64,000 bases of DNA from Octopus vulgaris (taxonomy: Eukaryota). The notes under the pieces are model-generated. The model did no database searches and was not told the origin of the DNA. It worked only from the letters and a program-made list of their open reading frames with translations. The DNA lies in assembly GCA_951406725.2 (NCBI GenBank), contig OX597814.1, positions 191,890,001 to 191,954,000 of the forward strand, read 5' to 3'. Position numbers and translations under genes: made by a program. Every line of letters begins with the position of its first letter. The stretch's first letter is position 1. Shown piece by piece: positions 29,154 through 42,258 of this stretch.

Positions 29154-29295
29154 CATTCGAAGCCTCTAATCTTCAGTCAAGAACCGGATCATCCTCGCAA
29201 TTTCGGCTGATAAATCTTGAGATCGCTCCGATCCGGCGAGCCCCAAGGAAAAACTAAGCTACGAGCATTAGATTTCTTGGAAAAATGATCGAATG
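29154..29295 (-). ncRNA. Rearranged hammerhead, copy A2 (inverted duplicate of A1)
   Basis: Near-identical reverse complement of 29927-30068, with one G>C mismatch in stem II. Confidence 0.65.
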
Positions 29296-29926
29296 TATAC
29301 GATGTGTCGTCTCTTTGAGTGTTTTGCGTTCTTGTCCCATTTTGTATTTTTATACATATATTATTGCGGCGTAACGTATATCTTGTTCTCTTATGTATGT
29401 AAGCATTCCACTATTGTACGACTTCTTCACACTCTTTCTCTATACTTCACTAGTCTCTGTCTTTCTCTTTTCTTGCCTCTGATTCTTTGGTCTCCTCTTC
29501 CCCCACTCTCTCACATTTCTCTGTCTTTCTCACTTTGCACCTCACTGATTCTGTCGCCAAGCCAATCCTTGGCACGCTATCTTTTTTCTCCCCTCTTTAA
29601 TTCCTTCTTTCTCTCTCTTCTCCCCCCCCCTTTGGTGCCTTTGTCCCTCTTTTTCTCTCTCTCTTTGATTCCTTTGCCCCCTTTTATTCTCTCTCTTCTC
29701 TCACGTGACCGCCGGTCAACTAGCCTTTCGGCTTCTGACCACCGCCGCGACAACATCGTTTTCTTCGTCTGCCGCAAAGGCATTTTTTCCCAAATACGCC
29801 AGTTAAGCTAAGTTGAACTGTCTAAAGTCGTAAGACACCCGCTGTCTTTGTCCTGTTATTACTATTATTGTTTTTTGTATTTATATTCGTGTGGCATCGT
29901 CCGTTTTTCTGTCCTTGTTTCGTATA

Positions 29927-30068
29927 CATTCGATCCTTTTTCCAAGAAATCTAATGCTCGTAGCTTAGTTTTTCCTTGGGGCTGGCCGGATCGGAGCGAT
30001 CTCAAGATTAATCAGCCGAAATTGCGAGGATGATCCGGTTCTTGACTGAAGATTAGAGGCTTCGAATG
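29927..30068 (+). ncRNA. Rearranged (non-circularly permuted) hammerhead with k-turn, copy A1
   Basis: AUC triplet (29999-30001), GAAA (30018-21), CUGAAGA (30046-52) and stems I-III; helices covary with copy at 51064-51206. Confidence 0.7.
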
Positions 30069-30124
30069 CCTCGTCCGTTTTTTGTGTCGTCTCTTTGAGT
30101 GTTTTGCGTTCATGTCCCATTTTG

Positions 30125-30185
<61 letters not shown>

Positions 30186-30270
30186 AGAATTTACAACAAA
30201 AAAAAAGACGAAGACGGGTGTGTAAACAACAAACAGGTGTATTAGTTTAACGCTCGGGAGGTGATAAAGT

Positions 30271-30306
30271 CTTTTACGTTTCGAGCCTACGCTCTTCGGC
30301 AGAAAG
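30271..30306 (-). ncRNA. Minimal hammerhead-like motif in PLE-type tail (~30185-30373)
   Basis: CTTT-CTGCCGA-A-GAGC(GTAG)GCTC-GAAA-CG-TA-AAAG; A6 substituted. Confidence 0.55.
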
Positions 30307-30592
30307 GAACACAGAAATAAACAGGGAGAGAAAATAGAAAAAGGGTTATTGGCTAGCGATCTATCATGGCGAATGATATATATATATATATATATATCTT
30401 TTTATTCACCTGTTTCAGTCATTAAACTGCGGTCATGTTGGGGCACCGTCTTCAAAAGCTTTTCGCCCCCAGCTCCTATCTTTTTTAAAGCCCGGTGCTT
30501 ATTTTATCCGTCTCTTTTGCAGAACCGCTTAGACACAGGGACGTAAAACGACCAACACTGGTTGCCAAGTGGTGGTGGGGGACAAACACACA

Positions 30593-30634
<42 letters not shown>

Positions 30635-30800
30635 CACAACCGGTTTCTTTCAGTTTCCCCTCTGCCAAATCCACTCACAAGGTTTTGGTCGGCCCGAGGC
30701 TATAGTAGAAGGCATATGCCCAAGCTGCCACGCAGTGGTACTGAACCCGGAACCATGTGGCTGGGGAGCAAACCTCTTCCCACACAGCTACGCTTGCGCC

Positions 30801-30862
<62 letters not shown>

Positions 30863-33361
30863 CATATACATATTTGTGTGTGTGTTTTAGTTCTAGGTTT
30901 ACCTCTCCCTTCGTCTTTCTCAGCAGATATATAAATGTTTACACGATTTTACTCTGCCAAAATCTTTCATTTAACGCACGTTTTGACCACTTTTAGAATA
31001 TGCATTGTAACAGAATTTTTGTTATTTTGTTTATTTCAATTATTCATTATTATATTTTTTTTTATTCATTTGCTCATTTATTTGCCTGTTTGTCTTCTTT
31101 CTTCTTCAACTGTAACGAATCTATTTTGCCCAGCTCAAGCTGACATTTTAGACTAAGAATCTAATTAAGTCGATTTGGCTTGCAGTGTACGAGCTCATCA
31201 TTTGCCAACTTGTCAGCCGGTTCCATTCCTATCACAATAAGCAAAACAACAAAACAGACATCTTCCGTAACGTTTTCTTTGTATAGCTTTTATTCAGAGT
31301 TTTCTTTCTTTCTCTTTCTCTCTGCCTACGCAACAGTGTCTGCTGCTTCGTATCTCATAGCTCCGAGTTCCATTTAAGTTGGGGAGTAAACTTTTAATTT
31401 ATTTTATTGTGGCTAAATTTGACAGTGTTGATTGAGGAAGCTGTCACGAAGATGTAGACGGTTTCCACGATAGACAAAAGACGAAAGGTATGAGGTGTTG
31501 AAAGGTGGCGAGCTGGCAGAAACGTTAGCACGCCGGGCGAAATGCGTAGCCGTATTTCGTCTGCCGTTACGTTCTGAGTTCAAATTCCACCGAGGTCGAC
31601 TTTGCCTTTCATCCTTTCGGGGTCGATAAATTAAGTACCAGTTACGCACTGGGGTCGATGTAATCGACTTAATCCGTTTGTCTGTCCTTGTTTGTCCCCT
31701 CTATGTTTAGCCCCTTGTGGGCAGTAAAGAAATAGGTATTTCGTCTGTCTTTACGTTCTGAGTTCAAATTCCGCCGAGGTCGACTTTGCCTTTCATCCTT
31801 TCAGGGTCAATTAAATAAGTACAAGTTACGCACTGGGGTCGATATAATCGACTTAATTCGTTTATCTGTCCTTGTTTGTCCTCTCTATGTTTAGCCAATT
31901 GTGAGTAATAAAGAAACAGGTATGAGGTGTTGATAGTCAAGTTGAAATCAGACGGCGTATACTGAATGTACAACACCGGTGAACAATTCACAGAATTTTA
32001 TTTTACCGCATAAATAATGTTCATTATGTTGGTCATGAATTAGAAATTGCACCAACAAAGTTTACACACTGGAAAGAATATTATGCAGCTCTTACAAATG
32101 ATTGATTTCAAAGGTTATGTAATTAAGCTGCCAAGACAGGGGAAAATATACACACTAGTTTCATGTCGGCAAACTGTAGTGGTATATCCAGGTCGAGTAA
32201 GAGCCATGACAACGACTATTAAAACCAGCAAAATGAGTATGTGATTAGCTTTGCTGCGGGCCGCCACACACTGAAGTAAGAAATGAATTTATCGGTCCCT
32301 GCACAACATGGTCTGGTGAGAGTGGAGACGCATTTCGTGCGATCGTCTTCGACGCTCTGCGAGGTTGGCGCTAAAAGTATGCCTATTTATAAGCCTTGTA
32401 AGGAGAATATTCTGAAGTCTTCTAGAATGATCTATTATATATATTTCTTTACTACCCACAAGGGGCTAAACATAGAGGGGACAAGCAAGGACAGAGAAAG
32501 GGATTAAGTCGATTACATCGACCCCAGTGCGTAACTGGTGCTTAATTTATCGACCCCGAAATGATGAAAGGCAAAGTCGATCTCGGCGGAATTTGAACTC
32601 AGAACGTAACGGCAGACGAAATACGGCTACGCATTTCACCCGGCGTGCTAACGTTTCTGCCAGCTCGCCGCCTTAGAATGATCTATTATATAATGTCTGG
32701 CTGCTGATTGGTCCATGTCTCGGCCGCTCACATGAAAAAGCTGTTACTAAACCGTGATTTTAACTTGGCAATTCGTCGATTCGGTTTGAATCTTGCTACA
32801 AAGCTATAAATAAAATCTTTTAATGTTACAGTGTCTCACTTCAGGTCAGCCTTGATCGACCACATCTATTATCAAAGGTATTTTAGCCATGACCATGCCG
32901 TCTTTATTTTCGTTTATTAGGCATAGTGACCTTGGACTACATTGCTCAATGTGCTTTAACTCTTACAAGACAAGAGGATTAAAGTTGATAGAGGTGGGCT
33001 CTGAACGTTATCATCAGACTGCCAGGCACGTATTTCAGTATGTTTGTGCATCATCAGTCACAGATAGCTTTTATCGTTCATTGTCCAGTGGAAGCTACCG
33101 TTCCTATACAGTATGCAGGGGAAAATACACTTGTTAGGGTGTGCAAAGCTTTGTCAAGCGGGAATCAATTAGAAGCGTATTAAGCAGTGACAATGGAAAT
33201 AAAGCTGTGTGCATTTATATTCATACATTCATATACACTGAAACGTTTAAGAGATGTTCATTGTGGTGAATGTCATGGAGTAGATATTCCCCTCATAGAC
33301 TATTTGTATAAAAACTCATCGAGCTCGACTCTGAATAAGTGATGAATAGCTGAAGCTGAAT

Positions 33362-33406
33362 CTGCCATTGATGACACGTAATCACGTAGAAACGTGTGTT
33401 TGACAG
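33362..33406 (+). ncRNA. Degenerate minimal hammerhead-like motif
   Basis: CTGCCA-TTGATGA-C-ACGT(AATC)ACGT-A-GAAA-CGTGTG-TT-TGACAG. Confidence 0.5.
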
Positions 33407-34434
33407 TCCGATGCCATCATTGAAAGACCAGTGCGACGTGTTTTCACACACATAACCTACGAAAAAATTAAAAAAAACTTCTATGAGACATTAATCGTAA
33501 AACTGGGATACGGGGGTCCATTTAAGCAACTAAGCCGATTCGGCTTATTAATCCGCTGGATTAACCATTAAGCAAAATAAGTACGTGCTTATGACATCAA
33601 GGGAAGCGGGGCACCACAGAAATAGTAAATGGTTTACAACACAAAAGAAATCACTTTAAAACTTGCTAAAATAATATTCGAAGTGGAGCTCATATGATCC
33701 CTTTTACTCTTTTACTTGTTTCAGTCATTTGACTGCGGCCATGCTGGAGCACCGCCTTTAGTCGAGGAAATCGACCCCAGGACCTATTCTTTGTAAGCCT
33801 AGTACTTATTCTATCGGGCACTTTTGCCGAACCGCTAAGTTACGGGGACATAAACACACCAGCATCGGTTGTCAAGCGATGTTGTGGTGGTAGTGGTGGG
33901 GAACAAACACAGACACACAAACACACTACACACACACATATATATACATATATACGACGGGCTTCTTTCAGTTTCCGTCTACTAAATCCACTCACAAGGC
34001 TTTGGTCAGCCCGAGGCTATAGTAGAAGACACTTGCCCAAAGTGCCACGCAGTGAGACAAAACCTGGAACCATGTGGTTGGTAAGCAAGCTACTTACCAC
34101 ACAGCCACTCTTGCGCCTATTTCCTGATCGGAAGTATGATTTCGATGAGTTCATGATGTTACAGTGAGGATTTGATCAAAGACTTTGCGATTAGAAAAAA
34201 TAGGAGAAAACTTTTCAAATATAAAAATAAACGTTATAATGTTTGTTATTTTCCCTCTTACTGTTAGCTTTGATTCATTTTTAAAAATAAAAATTTATTT
34301 AATGGTTTATTATTGTTTATATTTTGAATTACATATATACGGGTGCACCAAAATCTCTATAAGTACCTAGGGTCTTAATCCGGCCCTGCACATAACCTAT
34401 GAAGAAAATATCTTCCCTGAGACATTAACCGCAA

Positions 34435-34818
34435 GTGGTGGCGCAATGGACCAGTGGTTAAGGCAGCGGACGCGCGGTTGGAGGATCGCGGTTTCGATTC
34501 CCAGACCGGGCGTTGTGTGTGTTTACTGAGCGAAAACACCTAAAGCTCCACGAGGCTCCAGCAGGGGGTGGTGGCGACCCCTGTTGTACTCTTTCGCGCC
34601 AACTTTCTCTCACTCTTTCTTCCTGTTTCTTGTTTCCGACTTCCTACGCAACCGCTGAGCCTTGATGCGCATTCATCCATCCGTCGATGCTCTCGGTGTC
34701 GGGGGTTGACCTGCTTTCTCTTCTGCGGGTCTTACGAATAGCAAAGGACCACGTTTCGGGCTTCTCCCATCTTGCAAGCTCTGGGACGAAGACCGTTCGC
34801 TCAACAGCAGTAACAGCA
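34435..34818 (+). mobile_element. tRNA-derived SINE family D with 13-bp TSD
   Basis: A/B-box head TGGACCAGTGG..GGTTTCGATTCC; TSD ACATTAACCGCAA at 34422-34434 and 34819-34831. Confidence 0.8.
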
Positions 34819-35682
34819 ACATTAACCGCAATACTGGGGTCGATTTGATCAACCAAGCCCACCTCTCAGATTTCAGGACTTGTGTCTATGTAAGAAATTA
34901 TTATCAAACAAGAATCATGGATGACTGAATTTATCGTTGAGCGATATTTTGTTATTTACTTACAGATTCTGATTTCAAATCCTTACTTAGGCGACTTTCC
35001 ATTTCGTAAAAATTAGCGAATGATTAAATCGTTTATATTACTCTTTCGCAATTGGCTGTGTGTGTTGCGTTAATGTTAGACAATAATTATTATAATTAGG
35101 TGACCGACAAACTAGCGTTGCAACCCTAGATATTTCTTATTATCGTCGGAAGTGATGGCGGTAGAGGTATTACTGTTGTTGTTTTTGCCGATATTGCTAT
35201 TATTACTATCGTTGTTGTTGCTGTTGCTGGTGGTGGCGGCGGCGGCGGCGGTGGTGGTGGTGGTGGTGGTGACAGCGGTGATGGTGATCGTGATGGTTGT
35301 CGTGTTGGTGGTGATGGTAGTAGTGGTGATTGCGATGGTGGTGGTGATGTTAGTGGTGGTAGTGGTGCGGCTGCTGCTGTAATTGCTGTGGTTGTGACTG
35401 TCGTTGTTGGTGGTGGTGCAGTGGTTGTGGCTGTTTTTATTGTTGTCATGGTTGTTGTTGCTGTTGTGTGATGGCGGCGAGTAAGGGGCGAAGTCGATTA
35501 AATCGAACTCAGTGCTCAAATAGTACTTATTTTATTGACCCCCCCCCCCTCCCCAAGGATGTAATTGGACCTCAGCGGAATTTGAACTCAGACGAAATGC
35601 CGCTAATCATTTTGCCCAGTGCGGTAACAATTCTTCCAGGTCTCTGACCTCAATAACTGAAATATTAATTTATATCCTAGAA

Positions 35683-35861
35683 CAGTGCTTTTCAAACTTT
35701 TTGCTGGAGCGGAACCCAAAGGAAACATTCCACTGGCTCGGGGAACCCCTGTGCAATAATTTAATAGTCTTATGCACACATATCTGCACAGGAGAATTAA
35801 AAATGACTGCCGACTTTAGCAGTTTTGTAACTTCTTGCGGAACCCTGGTTGAAAACCACTG
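35683..35861. mobile_element. hAT (Charlie-like) MITE
   Basis: TIR CAGTGCTTTTCAA / TTGAAAACCACTG; 8-bp TSD TCCTAGAA/TCCGAGAA. Confidence 0.75.
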
Positions 35862-35876
35862 TCCGAGAAGAATATA

Positions 35877-36432
35877 TAGTAATTCCTCGACTATCGCAGG
35901 TGTTACGTTCCGAAACCCCCCGCGATAGGTGAAAATCCGCGAAGTAGAAACAGTACTGTACTGTGTGTGTATATATATATATATATATAAAGGGTAAAGA
36001 CCCCCTTCGGTCATGAATGACCATGGGATTGCACCTAGAAAGTTACCCTCCTAGACACAAGTCCGGGCAAGGTTGTTTATGGAAGACCAGCAGTCGCCCA
36101 TGCATACCAGCCTCCCTCTCCACGCCACCAGTGTTATCCAAGGGAAAGACAAAGGTCGATACAGCTTGGCACCTGTGACGTCGCAACTCATTTCTACAGC
36201 TGAGTGAACTGGAGCAACGTGAAATAAAGTGCCTTGCTCAAGAACACAACACGCAGCCCGGTCCGGGATTCGAGCTCACAACCTCACGATCGTAAGCCCG
36301 ACGCTCATATATATAGTAATAATTTGCTTATATTTATTTTATTATAAATACAAAGCAACACCACGGTGGGATCGACATAAGCTTAAATAATAAACCGCGA
36401 TAGGTGAACCGCGATATGGCGAAAGATTACTG
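35877..36432. mobile_element. Tc1/mariner (Tigger-like) MITE with nested SINE
   Basis: Ends TAGTAATTCCTCG..ATCGC / GCGATATGGCGAAAGATTACTG flanked by TA; SINE at ~35990-36306 inside. Confidence 0.55.
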
Positions 36433-37768
36433 TAATATATTCATTAACAATAATAAACGCGCCCTTTTAAAGCCTAGCCAGGCTCATGGCCCCGGTTTCC
36501 CGGTTTCAATGGCGTATGTGTTCCCCAGCTAGACGGGACACCAGTCCATCGCAGCTTTACTTATTTTGTTAAGCTGAGTGAACTGGAGCAACGTGAAATG
36601 AAGTGTTTTGCTCAAGAACAAAACGCGTCGCCCGGTCCAGGAATCGAAACCACAATCTTACGGACATGATGCTGACACGCTAACCACCAAGCCACGCGCC
36701 TCCACAATATATTTATTACTCAGAAAGAAATGTTGATTATTGTCTTGTGTACAGAAATTTCTTCCGGCTAATTGTCAGGTTATGATTTCAAAGAATTTAA
36801 GTGTATTGTAGCGAATGTGAGAGAGAATTAAATTAGCAAATAAGATACAAATGGATAGAAGACAGAATGGCATGTTCTGGAAGTAAATATTTAAAAGCCA
36901 TTTCTATGGATTTCTGAATTATTACGCTTATTATTAATATTTATTTCAAATTTTGGCACAAGCCAGCAATTTCGGGGGAGGAAGTCGACTTCAACGTTCA
37001 ACTGGTACTTATTTTATCGATCCCGATAGGATGAAAGGCAAAATCAATATCGGCGGAATTTGAACTCAGAAAGTGAAGACAGACGAAATGATGTTAAGCA
37101 TTTTCCCCGGCGTGCAAACGATTCTGTCAGCTCGCCGCCTTTGACATATTATTAATATTAGAAACCTTCGTTTGCCGTTACGTTGTGAGTTCAAATTCCG
37201 CCGAGGTCGACTTTGCCTTTCATCCTTTCGGGCGAAATGCGTAGCCGTATTTCGTTTGCCGTTACGTTGTGAGTTCAAATTTCGCCGAGGTCTACTTTGC
37301 CTTTCATCCTTTCGGGGTCGAAAATTAAGTACCAGTGAAACACTGGAATCGATGTTACCGACTTAATCCGTTTGTCCCCTCTGTATTTAGCCCCTTGTGG
37401 GTAATAAAGAAACAAATATTAGAAACCTAACTAGATATCACAGGGAAAATTTTCCAAACATTTCGTTGTCAGATAAATTCATTCATCTTCTTTCTTTTTC
37501 TTTCCTCGTTACTTCTTCAAAGTTATTTGAATTGACACGAAAAATAATTTTATTAAAGTGTTTTATTTACTATTTTTATCTATTTATTATTTATCTACAA
37601 CTTCTGTTTATCGTTTTATAAATTTAACACGAACGAATTTAGCTGACAGACAAATATTTCAACTTCCACTGAGGAAAAAAGCTATGTAAGGGAGATAACT
37701 CATGCTTTATAGCGATAGATTTACAAGATTTGATATGCAACGTTGCTGAAAAGTTTACAGAAAATGTA

Positions 37769-37774
37769 TTTATT
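37769..37774 (-). terminator. Candidate polyadenylation signal of EF-hand gene
   Basis: AATAAA on minus strand ~200 nt after the stop codon. Confidence 0.45.
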
Positions 37775-37971
37775 AAATGTTACAAGCAATATTATTATGG
37801 TTGAATCAGGAGTAAATCATAAATAATGATACAAAACATAAGAAATTGTAGAGATTTGTTTGTTTAATTAACAGTTTTTAAAAATTCATAATCGAGAAAT
37901 GTAATAAAATAGTGACGTCGTGTTGATGCTCGGAGTGAACTCCAGTCACTGTTTTTTCCGTAAAACAGTTA

Positions 37972-38173
37972 TTATTGATTTATATACAGGTCCAGAAACT
38001 TCTCGTAGTCAATTTTCTCTGCGGTTTGGCACTTGTGTATGAGTATGTTACTGATCTTTTCTGTGTCGACATCCAAAGCAATATCCTGGATAGCTTTGTT
38101 TAATTCTTTCATCGTGAGAAAACCACTAGCATCTTTATCGATGGCATTGAACATCTTACGCATACCCATTTCT
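37972..38173 (-). CDS. EF-hand protein, terminal coding exon 3
   Basis: Poly-T tract + CTTACAG acceptor; phase-2 join gives K-EMGMRKMFNAIDKDASGFLTMKELNKAIQ...KIDYEKFLDLYINQ-TAA. Spliced CDS 150+95+202=447 nt =148 aa + stop. Confidence 0.88.
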
Positions 38174-38407
38174 CTGTAAGAAGAAAAAAAAAAAAAAAAG
38201 AGAAAGACGATTGTAGAAATTCTTTGATGGAAACGAAAATCAATACATTCGTACACGCATGAATGCATACATGCATACATACATACATACATACATACAT
38301 ACATACATACACACACGTATACACACATATGTATATAAACATGTACACACAGACGTGCACACACACAAATGTATGTATGTATGTATGTATGTATGTATGT
38401 ATGTATG

Positions 38408-38451
<44 letters not shown>

Positions 38452-39567
38452 TACATACATATATATATGCAACAGAATCAATATTAGATTAAAGCAGCTG
38501 TCTGTATACCATACTTAATGTAAATGCTTCGCGAAAAAATAAATTTACTGCAGTATTCGTCTGGAGATAATATCTCTTATAGACGTGGTGAGTTTAAAAA
38601 CACAACATATAACGGAAGTAGTCGAATATTGTCCAGCAGCACCTGGTAAGTATGTAGATGCACATTTCTGCCTCTCTGGCTATCGTCAGTAGCATGCATT
38701 CATAACCAACTTCATGCTAAGACGCCAACTGTGGCTTTCGATATACGAAAACACTGAATGAGCAATAGCTGGTGTTGCAAACAGCCGCTCGGCTGAATAA
38801 AAATCCGTTATATGCAACAAAGGTACATATAATAGTCATCTCGGAGAAGATATACGCGGTTTCCATCTCCATTACAGAAGCTTTTACACGAATGTGAGGA
38901 GGCGTGTGGCTTAGTGGTTAGGATTGTTGGCTTCATGATCGTAGTATTGTGGTTTCAATTCCTGGACCGGGCAACGCTTTGTGTTCTTGAGCAAAACATT
39001 TTTTTTTCTCGTTGCTCCAGTTCACTCAGCTGACAAAAGGAAGTATTCTTTCACGGACCGGCGTCTCGTCCAGGTGGGAAATATATACGCTTCGGAAACC
39101 TGGAAACTGGACCTATGAGTCTATATGACTTGTGCAGGATCTATTGAACGAATGTGCTAGCCTACTTTATGACTAATTGAATGTGTTAACCTAATTTATA
39201 AGAACTTAGAATTCTAAAAGTTGACTTAGGAAAGGAAACTGGGTACGTCTTCTCTGAGGATCGGTCAATAAATCTGAAACGGTCCATCCTGAGACACCGC
39301 AGTCTTTTTTTTCTTCTGCACATCAAAAGCATAGAAATAATGTTTACAGTCTTCTTAGTTCATCTGCAGTTAGATTTTGTAATCTTTTGCCTTTTATCTT
39401 TTATTTGTTTTAATCATTGGACTGCAGCTGTATCTAGGCGTGGCCAAGAAAGCTTTAGTCGAACAAATCAACCCAGTTCTTATTTTTTTAATTACTGAAC
39501 CGCTAAGTGGTAATGTAAACAAACCAACACCGGCTGTCAGTCGTTTGAAGGGGCAAATACAAAGACG

Positions 39568-39870
39568 AAATTTGTGCACAGTTTGTTCCCGAGGTGCTCA
39601 GTGACGAATACAAGGAAATACGCGTTGGTGACAGCAGGGAGATGGTTGAGCGCATTACCATCACTCCAAGAGTACTTGAGTCTCAGGTGGTCTGTGATGA
39701 AAGCTGGATCTATTGTTAAGATCCAGAGACCAAGAGACAGACTGCCCAATGGAAGTATTCTGGCTCCCCCAGACACAAGAAGACCAGGTAAAGTAAGTCT
39801 GCTGGAAAGCTCATGATGATTCACTATTTTTGCCGGCAAGGGTAACATCTACAGACACTGGGTCCTCTTT
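39568..39870 (+). pseudogene. Mariner transposase fragment
   Basis: QFVPEVLSDEYKEIRV..VVCDESWIYC*DPETKRQTAQWKYSGSPRHKKTR*SKSAGKLM: WVPR-like motif and first catalytic Asp, with stops. Confidence 0.8.
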
Positions 39871-40856
39871 TCTTCTAACTGACCGACAAGAAGTTGGCCG
39901 ACATTACGACAATCGCTATTTATCCACGAAAACCACAGCAGCTATATTTTTCTATCAGGCTTCAAGTGAAGCTTCTGAGACTAACAGTCACAGCAAAATG
40001 AAATGATTTCATTGGCTGAAGAATTGCCGGTCACATAACGTTTCTGTTTCTTTACTGCCCACAAGGGGCTACACACAGAGGGGACAAACAAGGACAGAGA
40101 AACGGATTAAGTCGATTATATCGACCCCAGTGCGTAACTGGTACTTATTTAATTGACCCCAAAAGGATGAAAGGCAAAGTCAACCTCGGTGGAATTTGAA
40201 CTCAGAACGTAGCGGCAGACGAAATACCTATTTCTTTACTACCCACAAGGGGTTAAACACAGAGGGGACAAACAACGACAGACAAACGGATTAAGTCGAT
40301 TACATCGACCCCAGTGCGTAACTGGTATTTATTTAATTGACCCCGAAAGGATGAAAGGCAAAGGCAACCTCGGTGGAATTTGAACTCAGAACGTAGCGGC
40401 AGACGAAATACTGCAAAGCATTTCGCCGGGCGTGCTAACGTTTCTGCCAGCTCGTTCCTAAGTTTTCGCTGCTATGTTCGCGTGAACAAGGCCGTACGAC
40501 AAGTGAAATTAGCAAACCAAGATGCTGACACTCTCAGCAAAGATTCAATATAAAATCTGTCAAAAGATCGTGAAATTACTCCGTGTAACAGCCATCACTA
40601 ATTGTGTGATATCATTGCCAGAAGCGTGTCGTGGCCGTTGTTAACAAGAGAAGCTGGATTGCTAGAGTTGGTACTCACCACCAACAACAGATGCAGAAAC
40701 AGATGGGATAATGTAGAGAGAGTATAACATGCACACAGGCTGCCCACACTGCCTTCTACCATAAACCGACGGGTGTCGGAAAGTGGGCTGTGATTCTCGG
40801 TTAGAGTGAAATACCGTAATATATCAGAGCTGATCAAGAGCCATATTACCATCACC

Positions 40857-40926
<70 letters not shown>

Positions 40927-41000
40927 ACAACAACAACAACAACGACGACGACGACGACGACGACGACAACAACAAAAACAAAAACAAACGATCGACTTAC

Positions 41001-41095
41001 TTGACTTTCTTGTCAGGTATCTTCTTCATAGCTTCTTCGAATTCTTTACGAGAGATCACGTGATCATTATCAAGATCCAACTCGGTAAAAAGACG
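41001..41095 (-). CDS. EF-hand protein, coding exon 2 (not in ORF track)
   Basis: Pyrimidine tract + TTTTACAG acceptor; 95 nt encoding RLFTELDLDNDHVISRKEFEEAMKKIPDKKV + AA; EF loop DLDNDHVISRKE; GTAAGT donor. Phases 0/2 match exons 1 and 3. Confidence 0.88.
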
Positions 41096-41441
41096 CTGTA
41101 AAAGAATAAGAGAATAAAAGAATAAAATTTTATAGAATGAATAAAATGCAATTCAATGACGTCAGCCATTTTTTTTTTTTTTTTTTGTCGAAATGAAACT
41201 CAATTTAGAAAATTCAAAGAAAATTATATGTGAAAATTTCATATTTATTGATTAGTTGGCAGAAGCGCCAAAAGAAATTTTGCAAGGTGAGACGAACTTG
41301 TTTCTGACAAGAGGTGAAAGAAACAAGTGTGTGTCTGCGGCTCACGGCAAAACAAATATTGCAAGGAAGTTCGTTCCAAAAAGCGCTGGTTCTGTTTTTT
41401 TCTCGCTAAAGTTTGTTACTTCGACGAAAGTTCTAAAAGCA

Positions 41442-41533
<92 letters not shown>

Positions 41534-41534
<1 letters not shown>

Positions 41535-42258
41535 TACATATGTGGGAAATTCTGTCTGTGGGTGTGTTTGTGGAGTTGTTACCTCACTCCTACATCGTTG
41601 TATTGATTTTGATGAAACTTGACACGTGACTAGAACTCATGTCTGGAAACCTCATGGCATACTTAGATTGTTGAAAAATTGGATAACAGGGCTCCTGGAA
41701 GGGATTTTTATATATCTAATATATTTTATTTTAACAGCCAAGTGAAATAACCTATTCACCCAGATTTTAATACCCAAGGGAAATAACCCATTCATTTTTC
41801 TAAATCATTTGGTATAAATCAAATTGAGTATGCTTATTTTTTCTTAGTATTTGAACTGCTAGAGTTATTTTCGTTATTTATCCCGTACAACCCTTAAACA
41901 AGTAAATATTATTTTCCTAAACAATAGATCCACTTATTTCGGTTAGTGACTTATTCAGGAATATACCAACACTAGCGACGCTGAGGGTAATATTCTCTGG
42001 GAACGCACAGAAGTAATTTACTTTGAATTGTTATTAGCTCATATCTGATTAGCCTGTTATTACGCAACATGCTTTACGATTTTAGTATACATACCTTATT
42101 AGTATTTCCTCCTATGTTCTATATACTCTGGGAACGCACTAAAAGTATTTCGGGGCTACATACTTTGTATTGTTGTTATTGGATTAGCGAAACAATTATG
42201 AGAACGGAACCACAGGATAAACCCCGCTTTCCCGGGAATTTCCGGGTACGCCAGCTAG
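41534..42258 (+). mobile_element. Non-autonomous Helitron-type element
   Basis: 3' hairpin CCCGGGAATTTCCGGG then CAGCTAG|T; lies between (TA)n tracts. Confidence 0.55.

Larger units (their letters stand above)
29052..30135. mobile_element. Non-coding PLE-like repeat with inverted terminal duplication
   Basis: 29085-29302 is the reverse complement of 29920-30135; second short inversion 29303-29385; interrupts a SINE, ends in (TA)n; carries the rearranged HHRs. No ORF, so PLE assignment is inferred from architecture. Confidence 0.6.

Noticed and set aside
38174-38481. 5' part of ORF 37972-38481 and extensions of ORF 61346-61618
   Set aside because: Intron or UTR sequence; splice signals define shorter exons.
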